Shown piece after piece: positions 29,285 through 37,653 of a stretch of DNA of 64,000 nucleotides; position 1 is the first letter of the stretch; every line of letters starts with the position of its first letter. This stretch comes from Bacillota bacterium (lineage in GTDB: Bacteria > Bacillota_I > Bacilli_A > RFN20 > CAG-826). The stretch lies in NCBI GenBank assembly GCA_030537155.1, contig JAUNOH010000008.1:4557-68556 (forward strand). Reading direction: 5' to 3'. A program made the position numbers and the translations under genes. The notes under the pieces were generated by a model. The model had not been told where the DNA came from. It saw only the letters and a list, made by a program, of their open reading frames with translations, and did not search any database.

Positions 29285-29905
29285 ATGCCATTTGTTATCG
29301 CGGTTACCGGGGGCTCGGGTTCGGGCAAGAGCTTCCTGGCCAAAGCCATCAGCTACAATCTCAATATCCCGGTCTCCATCTATTCCTATGACTGCTACTA
29401 CCGGGGTCATCCGGAACTCCCCCTGTCCGAACGGGCCAAGATCAATTACGACTCCCCGGCGGAATTGGACGAGGAGCTATACCTCACCCACCTCGAGGCG
29501 ATCAAGCGCGGGGAGAAAGTCCAACTACCCCAATATGACTTCGCCAACCACCTCCGCAAGAAGATGGCGCGGGCCTTTACCCCCAAGGAGATAGTTATCG
29601 TCGAGGGGATCCTCACGATGTCGGTGCCCGGGGCCAAATACGATTTCACGATCTTCGTGGATGCCGATCCCGACGTCAGGCTCTCCCGCCGCATAATGCG
29701 GGACACCGCCGAGCGGGGCAGAAGCGTCCAATCGGTCATCAACCAATACCTATCCAGCGTCAAGCCGATGCACGAAAAATACATCGAGCCCCACAAAAAG
29801 GAGGCCGATTTGGTTTTCCTCAATAACGGGGGCAACGGCATCGAGCCGGAAAAGATGGCGGAGTTGATCGCCAAGATAAAGGAAGCCTACGATTCCAAAA
29901 GATGA
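29285..29905 (+). CDS. udk: Uridine kinase
   Basis: GGSGSGKS, D.YY, NYD.P, IVEGIL, RRI.RD..ERGR, VKPMH..YIEP. Confidence 0.93.
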   Translation: MPFVIAVTGGSGSGKSFLAKAISYNLNIPVSIYSYDCYYRGHPELPLSERAKINYDSPAELDEELYLTHLEAIKRGEKVQLPQYDFANHLRKKMARAFTPKEIVIVEGILTMSVPGAKYDFTIFVDADPDVRLSRRIMRDTAERGRSVQSVINQYLSSVKPMHEKYIEPHKKEADLVFLNNGGNGIEPEKMAELIAKIKEAYDSKR

Positions 29906-30675
29906 AGATAGTCGATTCCCACGTCCACATATTCGGGAAAAACCTAAAGGAGGAAGAGGAGATGCTATTATCCTCGATGGATAGCCACGGCATCGATTTT
30001 TCCCTCATCTCCAACTGCGCCTCCGACGAATTCGCCAAAGACGGTTTCCATAAAAGCCAGCTGGCCTCCCTGAAGGATTGCCTGAAGCTCTCGAAGAAAC
30101 ATCCCAACCGCTTCGGGGCCCTATTATGGATTTGCCCCGCGAAGGAAGGGCTCGATAAGGAAAGCATCGATTTCTTAAAGAAAAACCGCGAGAAGGTCTA
30201 TGGGATGAAGGTCCACCCCTACTGCTCGAGGCTCCCCATCAGCGAGCCCCAATATGAGCCCTACCTCAAATTGGCCGAGGAGTTATCCCTCCCCGTCTTG
30301 GTCCACACGGCCGTGGACGAATATTCCTGCATCTCCCATCTGGTGAAGGTGGCCAAAGCCTATCCCAAAGTCAAATTCATCGCCGCCCACCTGGAGCTAT
30401 TCAGCGACCACCTCTATTCCCTAAATGAGATTAAGGGCCTCCCAAATGTATATGGGGACACGGCCTGGGTGGATAAGGATGGCTATCTCTCCGCCTTGGA
30501 CATCATCGGGGAGGATCGGATGCTATTCGGAACCGATAACCCGGTGGATGGAGAGGTCACCCTCGATAATCCGATGTATGTGGAATACCTCCAAAGGGGA
30601 TTCAATGTCGATGACGGCCCCTATGAGAAGCTGATGGGCGGGAACGCCATAAAGCTCTACGGATTGAAAATTTAA
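29902..30675 (+). CDS. Amidohydrolase-family (TIM barrel) metalloprotein
   Basis: DSHVH, G.KVHP, PVLVHT, AAH, LFGTD.P. Confidence 0.88.
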   Translation: MKIVDSHVHIFGKNLKEEEEMLLSSMDSHGIDFSLISNCASDEFAKDGFHKSQLASLKDCLKLSKKHPNRFGALLWICPAKEGLDKESIDFLKKNREKVYGMKVHPYCSRLPISEPQYEPYLKLAEELSLPVLVHTAVDEYSCISHLVKVAKAYPKVKFIAAHLELFSDHLYSLNEIKGLPNVYGDTAWVDKDGYLSALDIIGEDRMLFGTDNPVDGEVTLDNPMYVEYLQRGFNVDDGPYEKLMGGNAIKLYGLKI

Positions 30676-30832
30676 GCCCTGGGGGCTTTTTTTATTTTAA
30701 CGGCGATTTTCGCCACATTTTCGTTCCCGGCCTCCATCTATAGGTAGAGGAGAACTGTTATGACGATAATGGGAATCCTCCCCAAGCAGCCACGGCCCGC
30801 GCGGGGCCCGGGGGAAGAAAGGGGGTCCATAA

Positions 30833-30943
30833 ATGGACCTCGGCGAACTGGCCGAGCTGATCTCCGCCATCGCGGAGCTATTACTCGCCATCGTAACCGT
30901 GCTGGGGTTCGCCCAAAGCCTCCATAGGCCGGACGGCGAATAA
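30833..30943 (+). CDS. 36-aa hydrophobic peptide, putative type I toxin
   Basis: SD AAAGGGGGT; MDLGELAELISAIAELLLAIVTVLGFAQSLHRPDGE; start codon lies inside a hairpin. Confidence 0.65.
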   Translation: MDLGELAELISAIAELLLAIVTVLGFAQSLHRPDGE

Positions 30944-30984
30944 TAAAAAGGGGGCTAGTCCATAGGGCTAGCTCCACCTCAACA
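30944..30984 (-). ncRNA. Putative short antisense RNA (antitoxin)
   Basis: Minus-strand TGtTAGAAT (-10 at 30990-30995) followed by a GCTAG/CTAGC hairpin and a T-run. Confidence 0.4.
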
Positions 30985-31063
30985 ACCTTATTCTAACACA
31001 ACCCCCGCGCCGGGAGCGACCCCGCTTTCCTCACCGGGAGGGGCGGGGAGGCCTTTTGGGAAA

Positions 31064-31588
31064 TCAGGAGTCGATGACGTCTTCGACCTCGACCTCAATG
31101 GCCTCGCTCACATCGAAGGAATATTTCGAATCGGGATTACCGCCATTTTCCTGCCTGGAATAGGCATAGCCGGCATAGACCTCCTCACTCTTGATGATGC
31201 GGAAATCGTAGAGGCTCCTCCTGAAATGGCTAAGAGCCGAGAAGAAGCCCAGAAGGCAGCCGAGGCTAAGGAAGCTCGTCCAGCCCGAAAGCGAGGTAAA
31301 CGAATATATGAAGCCGAATAGGCAGCCACCCATCGCCACGGCAAAGGCGAAGGGCGCGAAGAATTTCCTTCCCTTCCAATATGGGAATAGATATCCGGCC
31401 AATAAATCGACCCCCTCAAGCAAAAGGGAGGTGCCAAATAGGCTTAGGCAGACCAAACCGAGGGGCAAATTGCCGGAGCTTATACTCCCAAATAGGCAGA
31501 GGGCGATGAATAAGCCCAATATCCCACTGATGAGGGACATATATATGAAGCGCGAGGCCGCGCCTTTTCTAATCGTTTCTTTTTCCAT
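31064..31588 (-). CDS. Four-TM membrane protein with acidic tail
   Basis: Four hydrophobic segments; C-terminus EAIEVEVEDVIDS. Confidence 0.7.
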   Translation of the reverse strand: MEKETIRKGAASRFIYMSLISGILGLFIALCLFGSISSGNLPLGLVCLSLFGTSLLLEGVDLLAGYLFPYWKGRKFFAPFAFAVAMGGCLFGFIYSFTSLSGWTSFLSLGCLLGFFSALSHFRRSLYDFRIIKSEEVYAGYAYSRQENGGNPDSKYSFDVSEAIEVEVEDVIDS

Positions 31589-31654
31589 GGCCCCATCATA
31601 GATGAGGTCAAATTTTTGCCTAGTTCAGGCGCTTAAGATGTGAAATGGGGTTGA

Positions 31655-32203
31655 TTATTCCTCGGGGTGGCTATCGGAATCCTCGACGTCCACCACTTCG
31701 GCCTCAATGACCTCGGAATCGGAGTTTTCAAGGCTCCCCGTGGGCTCGGGGCCAGTGAAATCGCCCATCTGGTTTTTCAGCGCCTCCTCAAGGGAACCGC
31801 CCATCCTGCTCAGCCTTAGGCTGATGGCGGCGGAAAGGAGGTTAGCCAAGCCAAAGAGGATCCCGAGCGTCCCGATGAAGGTAACGCCCCCACTCCAGCC
31901 ACCTTCCATCGGCGAGGAGGAGACGATAGCCAGGATGGATCCGGCCAGCAAAAACGCCCCATTGAAGAAACCGAGGGGCAATAGCAATGGCATCTTGGGG
32001 AAATATCGCCCGCACAGGTAGTCGATGAGGCCAAAAAGCAGGCAGCATCCCAACAGGATGAGGCAGGCGATGGCTACCGGGGCGAAGGAATTGTTGAAGC
32101 CATAGACCAACTCGAGGACCGACAAAGCCAAAACAAAGGGCAGGCTTCTGATCAGCCTCGATCTGGCCTTGCGGAGAAAATACGCGTTCAATCCTAAATC
32201 CAT
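31655..32203 (-). CDS. Four-TM membrane protein, apparent paralog of the neighbour
   Basis: Likely start MDLGLN; D.L.G..FP motif and EVIEAEVVDVED tail shared with 31064-31588. Confidence 0.7.
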   Translation of the reverse strand: MDLGLNAYFLRKARSRLIRSLPFVLALSVLELVYGFNNSFAPVAIACLILLGCCLLFGLIDYLCGRYFPKMPLLLPLGFFNGAFLLAGSILAIVSSSPMEGGWSGGVTFIGTLGILFGLANLLSAAISLRLSRMGGSLEEALKNQMGDFTGPEPTGSLENSDSEVIEAEVVDVEDSDSHPEE

Positions 32204-32252
32204 GGGTAGATGATAATTTGCCAAAGGCGCCCAAGCAAAGAAAAAGAGCCGA

Positions 32253-32411
32253 TTAGGCTCCATCGATGTGGTCTTTGTAGGAAAGGTCACCACCGTTCCC
32301 GCTTTGAGGATCGAGCTTCGATTCATTGAGCATATCGGAGTCGGCCTTGGTGAGGGAGGGCTTATTGAAGGAGCAACCGGGGTAACGCTTCTTCGTTTTC
32401 TTGATCGGCAT
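32253..32411 (-). CDS. 52-aa small protein
   Basis: MPIKKTKKRYPGCSFNKPSL...; TAAAAT 6 nt before ATG; GAGCC/GGCTC-T5 terminator overlapping the stop. Confidence 0.55.
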   Translation of the reverse strand: MPIKKTKKRYPGCSFNKPSLTKADSDMLNESKLDPQSGNGGDLSYKDHIDGA

Positions 32412-32505
32412 ATAAATATTTTACCTTAAGGTCATCCGATATTTATAAAAAATCGTCATGAGTTTATCGGTGGGTGTAACCACGCGATGGGTTTATAATC
32501 TAGCC

Positions 32506-33051
32506 ATGAAAAAAGCACTGATACTATTGGCCGACGGCTTCGAGCAGGTCGAGGCCCTGGCCACCCACGACGTCTTCCATCGTTCGGGCGGCATAAAGAC
32601 TACACTAGCCTCAATCAAGGATAACCTTGAATTGGTGACCTCCTCCGGGGTCCACGTGAAGGCCGATGCCCTTCTTTCCGATTTGGATTTGGATGAATAT
32701 GACTTCATCGTCCTCCCCGGTGGCAAGCTGGGGGTGGAAAACCTCGGATCCTCGCCTTTGGTGAAGAAGGCCTTGGAGAAATTCCATGATGAGGGCAAGC
32801 ATATCCACGCCATCTGCGCCGCCCCCTCCATTTTGGGTGGCCTCGGGTATCTGGATGGCAAAAACTACGTCTGCTTCCCCGGCTTCCAAAAAGGAAACGG
32901 CCATTGGCAGGATACCGGCGTGGTCAAAGATGGCGGCACCATCACCGGCCGCTCAATGGGCTATAGCGTCGATTTCGCCTGCGCGATTGCCTCGTTTGAG
33001 GTCGGTGAGGGATGCCTAAAAAACATCTATGCCGGGATCAGGGGTGAATAA
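32506..33051 (+). CDS. DJ-1/ThiJ/PfpI family protein
   Basis: LADGFE..EA, VLPGG..G, AICAAP..L. Confidence 0.92.
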   Translation: MKKALILLADGFEQVEALATHDVFHRSGGIKTTLASIKDNLELVTSSGVHVKADALLSDLDLDEYDFIVLPGGKLGVENLGSSPLVKKALEKFHDEGKHIHAICAAPSILGGLGYLDGKNYVCFPGFQKGNGHWQDTGVVKDGGTITGRSMGYSVDFACAIASFEVGEGCLKNIYAGIRGE

Positions 33052-33052
33052 G

Positions 33053-33835
33053 ATGGCCAATGAAGATCGCTTCGCCGAATTCCGGGCCAAGGAAAACGGC
33101 AACTCCCACATCAAAAACGTAATCGCCGTCTGCTCAGGCAAAGGAGGCGTCGGGAAATCGCTGGTGACTTCCCTTTTGGCCGTCAACGCCAGGCGCGAGG
33201 GGTATAAAGTCGGGATTTTGGATGGCGACATCACCGGCCCGAGCATCCCCACCATCTTCGGGCTGGAGGGCCCAGCCTATGGAAGCGAAACCGAGATTTA
33301 CCCGGTCGATAGCAAATCGGGCATCAAGGCCATCTCGGTCAATCTATTGGATATCGATAAAAGCGCCCCCGTCGTCTGGCGCGGACCAGTCATCGCCGGG
33401 ATGATCAAGCAGTTTTATAGCGACGTCTGCTGGGGCGATTTGGATTTCCTCTTCGTCGACATGCCACCCGGCACAAGCGATGTCCCCCTAACCGTCTTCC
33501 AATCGCTCCCGGTGAAGGCCATAATCGCCGTCACCAGCCCCCAGGATCTCGTCTCCCTGATCGTGGAGAAAGCCGTCAAGATGGCCCAGATGATGGACGT
33601 TCCCCTATTGGGATTGGTTGAGAATATGTCCTATCTCGAATGCCCCGACTGCGGGAAAAAGATCCACCCCTTCGGCGAGCCGCATTCGGAAATAGCCGAG
33701 AAATATGGCATCCCCTTCTATGAGCAGCTGCCCATCGACCCAAAGCTCAGGGAAGCCTGCGACCAGGGGAAGATTGAGGAATATCCAAAGACATACCTGG
33801 ATAAGATATCCAAGGCATTGGGAAGGATTAAATAA
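33053..33835 (+). CDS. mrp: Mrp/NBP35 Fe-S carrier ATPase
   Basis: SGKGGVGKS, D.DITGPS, WRGP, DMPPGT.D, ENMS..CP.C. Confidence 0.93.
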   Translation: MANEDRFAEFRAKENGNSHIKNVIAVCSGKGGVGKSLVTSLLAVNARREGYKVGILDGDITGPSIPTIFGLEGPAYGSETEIYPVDSKSGIKAISVNLLDIDKSAPVVWRGPVIAGMIKQFYSDVCWGDLDFLFVDMPPGTSDVPLTVFQSLPVKAIIAVTSPQDLVSLIVEKAVKMAQMMDVPLLGLVENMSYLECPDCGKKIHPFGEPHSEIAEKYGIPFYEQLPIDPKLREACDQGKIEEYPKTYLDKISKALGRIK

Positions 33836-33841
33836 CGGGGC

Positions 33842-34249
33842 TCAGTCCCCGTTTTCCTTTAGCCAATCGGAAATCGATTCGCTTATCTTTTGGTTCAGCT
33901 CGTCGATATCTTTTACGGCCTGATTGGCGTAGAAGATATAAAACAGGGAGGAGGAGAAGGCCGCCCCGAAGATGGCGATGACCAAAATATCGAGGAGATA
34001 TATCCAAACCTGATTCATGATGGGGAAGTAGGCCGCGAGGATGATGTTGGCGGATAGCCATAGCAAAGAAACGACCGCCAAGGGCCCGTAAACCCAAAGG
34101 GAGATCTTCCGGGATTTGGCCTTGGAAAGCGTCTGTTCCTTTTCGGCCACATTATTGGCCTTCAGCCCGATGAGGGCGAGGATTGATTTCTCGGCGGCGC
34201 TTAACTCGTTTTTGCCGGAAATAGATTTGATGAATTCGTCTTCGTTCAT
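33842..34249 (-). CDS. Two-TM hypothetical protein
   Basis: ATGA overlap with the upstream ORF; two hydrophobic helices. Confidence 0.65.
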   Translation of the reverse strand: MNEDEFIKSISGKNELSAAEKSILALIGLKANNVAEKEQTLSKAKSRKISLWVYGPLAVVSLLWLSANIILAAYFPIMNQVWIYLLDILVIAIFGAAFSSSLFYIFYANQAVKDIDELNQKISESISDWLKENGD

Positions 34250-35784
34250 AATTCCATGACCGAGAGTTTCTCGCCTTTCTTCCTCATCCTTCCATAAAGC
34301 AAAACCGGGTATGGGGCATAGGCGATTGAGGGCTCTTTTTCCTTGAGGTAGGAAAGGAGGCTGAAACCGTATTTCTCATAAATGCCTTTTAGGTATTCAA
34401 AGCCCACCATGCTCGCGGAGGAAATCCGTTGTTTTTCCAATGAGAGATTGAGGATGCTTTCGGATAAGCCGACCGCTCCCAAATCGGCCTCGATCCGGTA
34501 TTTTCCGAGGTTGGCGGATAGATATGCCGCCATCCCGGGGATTTGTTTCAAATCAGTTAAGGGGATGATGCTCCTAGCGGCGAAAAGATAATCCAAAGCC
34601 GCCTCCGGATCGTTTTGCGAGAGACTTTTGTTCACTTTATCGTAGAGTAACTTTCCGCTATAGGAGACGAGGCTCAGGGGATGGCCCATCTCCAGTGAGG
34701 AGATGACGCCTTCCATGATGAATTCCGGATTGACGGCGAAGTTATAAATCGATCCTTCGACTCGATAATAGTCGATGGGTTTCTTCAATAGCCCTTTTGA
34801 GAAAATCGAGAGGTCACGAATGTTCAGACTGGCCAATAGCGGCGCCTCGCCAAGTAAGGAATCCGGCAAGGTTTTCTGCTCAAAAGCGTAGGCCAAATCG
34901 AAGTTGCTGGCGTATGGTATGCCGCCGGCCACCCATTTGGAGAGGCATTTTTCCTCCACCTCATTCAAACCGTTGGCCAAGGGGACGTAGAGGAAATCCA
35001 AAGGGAGGTTGGCCTCATTTAGATCCCTCTTGCACTGCTCCATGTCATAGACGAAGCGCCACAAAGAAAGCTGCTCCTCGCCAGAATGGTATCTATCGAG
35101 TTTCAAACGCATGATCAGACGCGAGATGAATTCGCACCTGGCCAACGTCAGGTTCAAAAAATCACCATACCGTTTTAACCCCACCCTCTTATAGAAGGAA
35201 AGCAGACGGTTGTCGGCTTTGGACAAAGTGCTGATTAAAGGAATGAAGAAACGCGGTAAAGCCACGCCCTCCCGTCCCTCGGGCCACCAGAGGAACCCGC
35301 TGCCCCGCGAATAGACATCGAGCTTATCCCAGGCCTGGCAACGGTATCCCAACCGCTCCAACGTGTTCTTAAGCATCCGACCCCCGACTAGCTGTTCCAG
35401 ACGGACGAGATAAATGCCGTTTAAATCGCTGGAGACCATCGGGTCTAGGGAGGCGATGATTTTCCTGAGCTTCCTCTCCTTCACCGCATGGATGTCGAAG
35501 CTCCCCTTCGCGTTGGCGATCAAAACCATGTCGTCGGCCATGACGTCGGGTGGATAAAAGGGTATGAATTCAACCGGGCGGAACGAAAATCCATAGAGGA
35601 AGAGTTCCTGGTAAATGTGGGCCCCGAGCTCTTCCGATTCCGTGTACTGCTTCCTTAAATCATCGAGGGGGAATGACGCCCCGGATTTGATGCTTATCTT
35701 ATGGCGGAGGAAAAAATACCTCGTCTTCCAGGTGAAATGGAGGTTTTCGGCGTGGATTGGGAAGATGACCTGATCGCCCTGCAT
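34246..35784 (-). CDS. 512-aa hypothetical protein
   Basis: Long uninterrupted ORF; no motif recognised. Confidence 0.7.
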   Translation of the reverse strand: MQGDQVIFPIHAENLHFTWKTRYFFLRHKISIKSGASFPLDDLRKQYTESEELGAHIYQELFLYGFSFRPVEFIPFYPPDVMADDMVLIANAKGSFDIHAVKERKLRKIIASLDPMVSSDLNGIYLVRLEQLVGGRMLKNTLERLGYRCQAWDKLDVYSRGSGFLWWPEGREGVALPRFFIPLISTLSKADNRLLSFYKRVGLKRYGDFLNLTLARCEFISRLIMRLKLDRYHSGEEQLSLWRFVYDMEQCKRDLNEANLPLDFLYVPLANGLNEVEEKCLSKWVAGGIPYASNFDLAYAFEQKTLPDSLLGEAPLLASLNIRDLSIFSKGLLKKPIDYYRVEGSIYNFAVNPEFIMEGVISSLEMGHPLSLVSYSGKLLYDKVNKSLSQNDPEAALDYLFAARSIIPLTDLKQIPGMAAYLSANLGKYRIEADLGAVGLSESILNLSLEKQRISSASMVGFEYLKGIYEKYGFSLLSYLKEKEPSIAYAPYPVLLYGRMRKKGEKLSVMEL

Positions 35785-35853
35785 GCCTATATACTTTAGA
35801 AGAATCCGATAAAAATAGAAGAAAAAAGCACCCCCGTTTGGGGGTGCGTCGAA

Positions 35854-37653
35854 TCACTCGAAGGCGAATTGGGAATTATATAGCGAGGCGTAGAAACCAT
35901 TTTGAGCCATAAGTGACTCATGGTCGCCCTGCTCGACGATGTTCCCATCGCGCATGACGAGAATCAGATTGGCGTTTCGGATGGTTGAGAGACGGTGGGC
36001 GATGACGAAGCTCGTCCTCCCCTCGGTCAACCTATCCATGGCCTCCTGGATCCTCTCCTCGGTCCTGGTGTCGACGTTGGAGGTGGCCTCATCGAGAATC
36101 AGCAAGGGCGCCTTCCTGATGCAGGCCCGGCAGATGGTGATCAGCTGCTTCTCCCCGGCCGAGATGGAGGATACATCCTTAATCTCATAGTCCAAGCCGC
36201 CCGGGAGCGTCTTCACGTAGTGGCGGAGGTGGCACTGCTTGATGGCCTCCTTCACCTGCTCATCGGTGACGTTGGGGGTGTTGTAGACGAGGTTTTCCCG
36301 GAGGGTCCCCTCGAATAGCCAGGTATCCTGAAGGACCATGCCGAAGATGTCGCGGATTTCCTCCCTGCGCATGCCCTGGGTGGAGACGCCGTCGATGAGG
36401 ATATCCCCTCCCTTAACATCGTAGAAACGCATCAGGAGGTTGACCATCGTGGTCTTGCCGGCCCCGGTCGGGCCGACGATGGCCACCTTTGAGCCCGGCT
36501 TGATGTGGGCGGAGAAGTCATGGATGATGTCGCGGCTGGAATCATAGGCGAAGTTGACGTGGTCGAAGATGACCTCGCCCTTGACGGCCTCGTGCTTATT
36601 CACGTCGGCGAAGACGAAGGGCTTATCCTTCTCCTGGGGCTCTTCCTCCTGCTGCATGAAGTCGCTGATCCTGGCATTGGCGGCCAAACCGGATTGGAGG
36701 GTGGAGAATGACTGCCCGATTTCGGATAAAGGAGTCTGGAAGAGGGAGACGTAGGACATGAAGGCCGTGATGGTGCCGATGGTGACGGCGCCATCGCCGT
36801 TGACCAATAAGAGACCGCCGGTCAATCCCATGGCCGCATAGGCGGCGTAGGACATGAAGTTATAGAAAGGCTGGATGAGGCTGGTGATGGCGTCGCTAGC
36901 CACCATGACCTGGTTCATCGACTCGTTTTTCTCGTTGAAGTTGGCAACCATCCTCTCCTCGGCATTGAACAATTTAATGATGTTCTGGCCGGAATATTGT
37001 TCCTCGGCCTCGCCTTCCATATCCCCGAGGATGTGGGCCCTCTTGCGCCAGAGGGGGGAGACGATCCGGATGTCGAGGGCGGCCACAATCAGCAGGATTG
37101 GGAGGGTCGCAACAACGGATAAGGCCATCTGCCAGCTGGTGAGGAACATGGCCAGCGTCGAGCCAATCAATAGGAGCGTGGCGTGGACGATTGAGGCCAA
37201 TGAGTTGCTGAGGGTGTTGGAAACCGAATCCACATCGTTGGTGAGCCTTGAAAGGATGTCGCCGAATTGATGGGAGTCGAAATAAGAAAGCGGAAGCCTA
37301 TTGATCTTGCCCTGGATGGCGGAGCGGAGCTTCTTTGAATATTTTTGGGCGATGGTCGTCATGATGTAGGCGGCCACATATTGGAGGAGGGCATTCCCTC
37401 CGTACATGCAGGCCAAGATGATGCCATTTCTAGTGACGGTGTCCAAGTTTACCATCCCGGCTCCCTGGGCCACCTCATCGGTGAGGGCCTTTAGGAACTG
37501 CGGGGCGAAGACGGCCAGGACGACCGAGCCGGCTTCGAGGATGACGACGAGGATAATCCACCAAAAGAAGTCCTTGATGACCATCTTGGCGTATTTGATG
37601 TTCTTCTTGCTGAAGGCGGGGCCCCTGGGCTCCATTTTTGGTCTCGGGCTCAT
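35854..37653 (-). CDS. Heterodimeric ABC exporter subunit
   Basis: TMD + NBD, GPTGAGKTT, ILDEATS.VD, IAHRLST. Confidence 0.93.
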   Translation of the reverse strand: MSPRPKMEPRGPAFSKKNIKYAKMVIKDFFWWIILVVILEAGSVVLAVFAPQFLKALTDEVAQGAGMVNLDTVTRNGIILACMYGGNALLQYVAAYIMTTIAQKYSKKLRSAIQGKINRLPLSYFDSHQFGDILSRLTNDVDSVSNTLSNSLASIVHATLLLIGSTLAMFLTSWQMALSVVATLPILLIVAALDIRIVSPLWRKRAHILGDMEGEAEEQYSGQNIIKLFNAEERMVANFNEKNESMNQVMVASDAITSLIQPFYNFMSYAAYAAMGLTGGLLLVNGDGAVTIGTITAFMSYVSLFQTPLSEIGQSFSTLQSGLAANARISDFMQQEEEPQEKDKPFVFADVNKHEAVKGEVIFDHVNFAYDSSRDIIHDFSAHIKPGSKVAIVGPTGAGKTTMVNLLMRFYDVKGGDILIDGVSTQGMRREEIRDIFGMVLQDTWLFEGTLRENLVYNTPNVTDEQVKEAIKQCHLRHYVKTLPGGLDYEIKDVSSISAGEKQLITICRACIRKAPLLILDEATSNVDTRTEERIQEAMDRLTEGRTSFVIAHRLSTIRNANLILVMRDGNIVEQGDHESLMAQNGFYASLYNSQFAFE

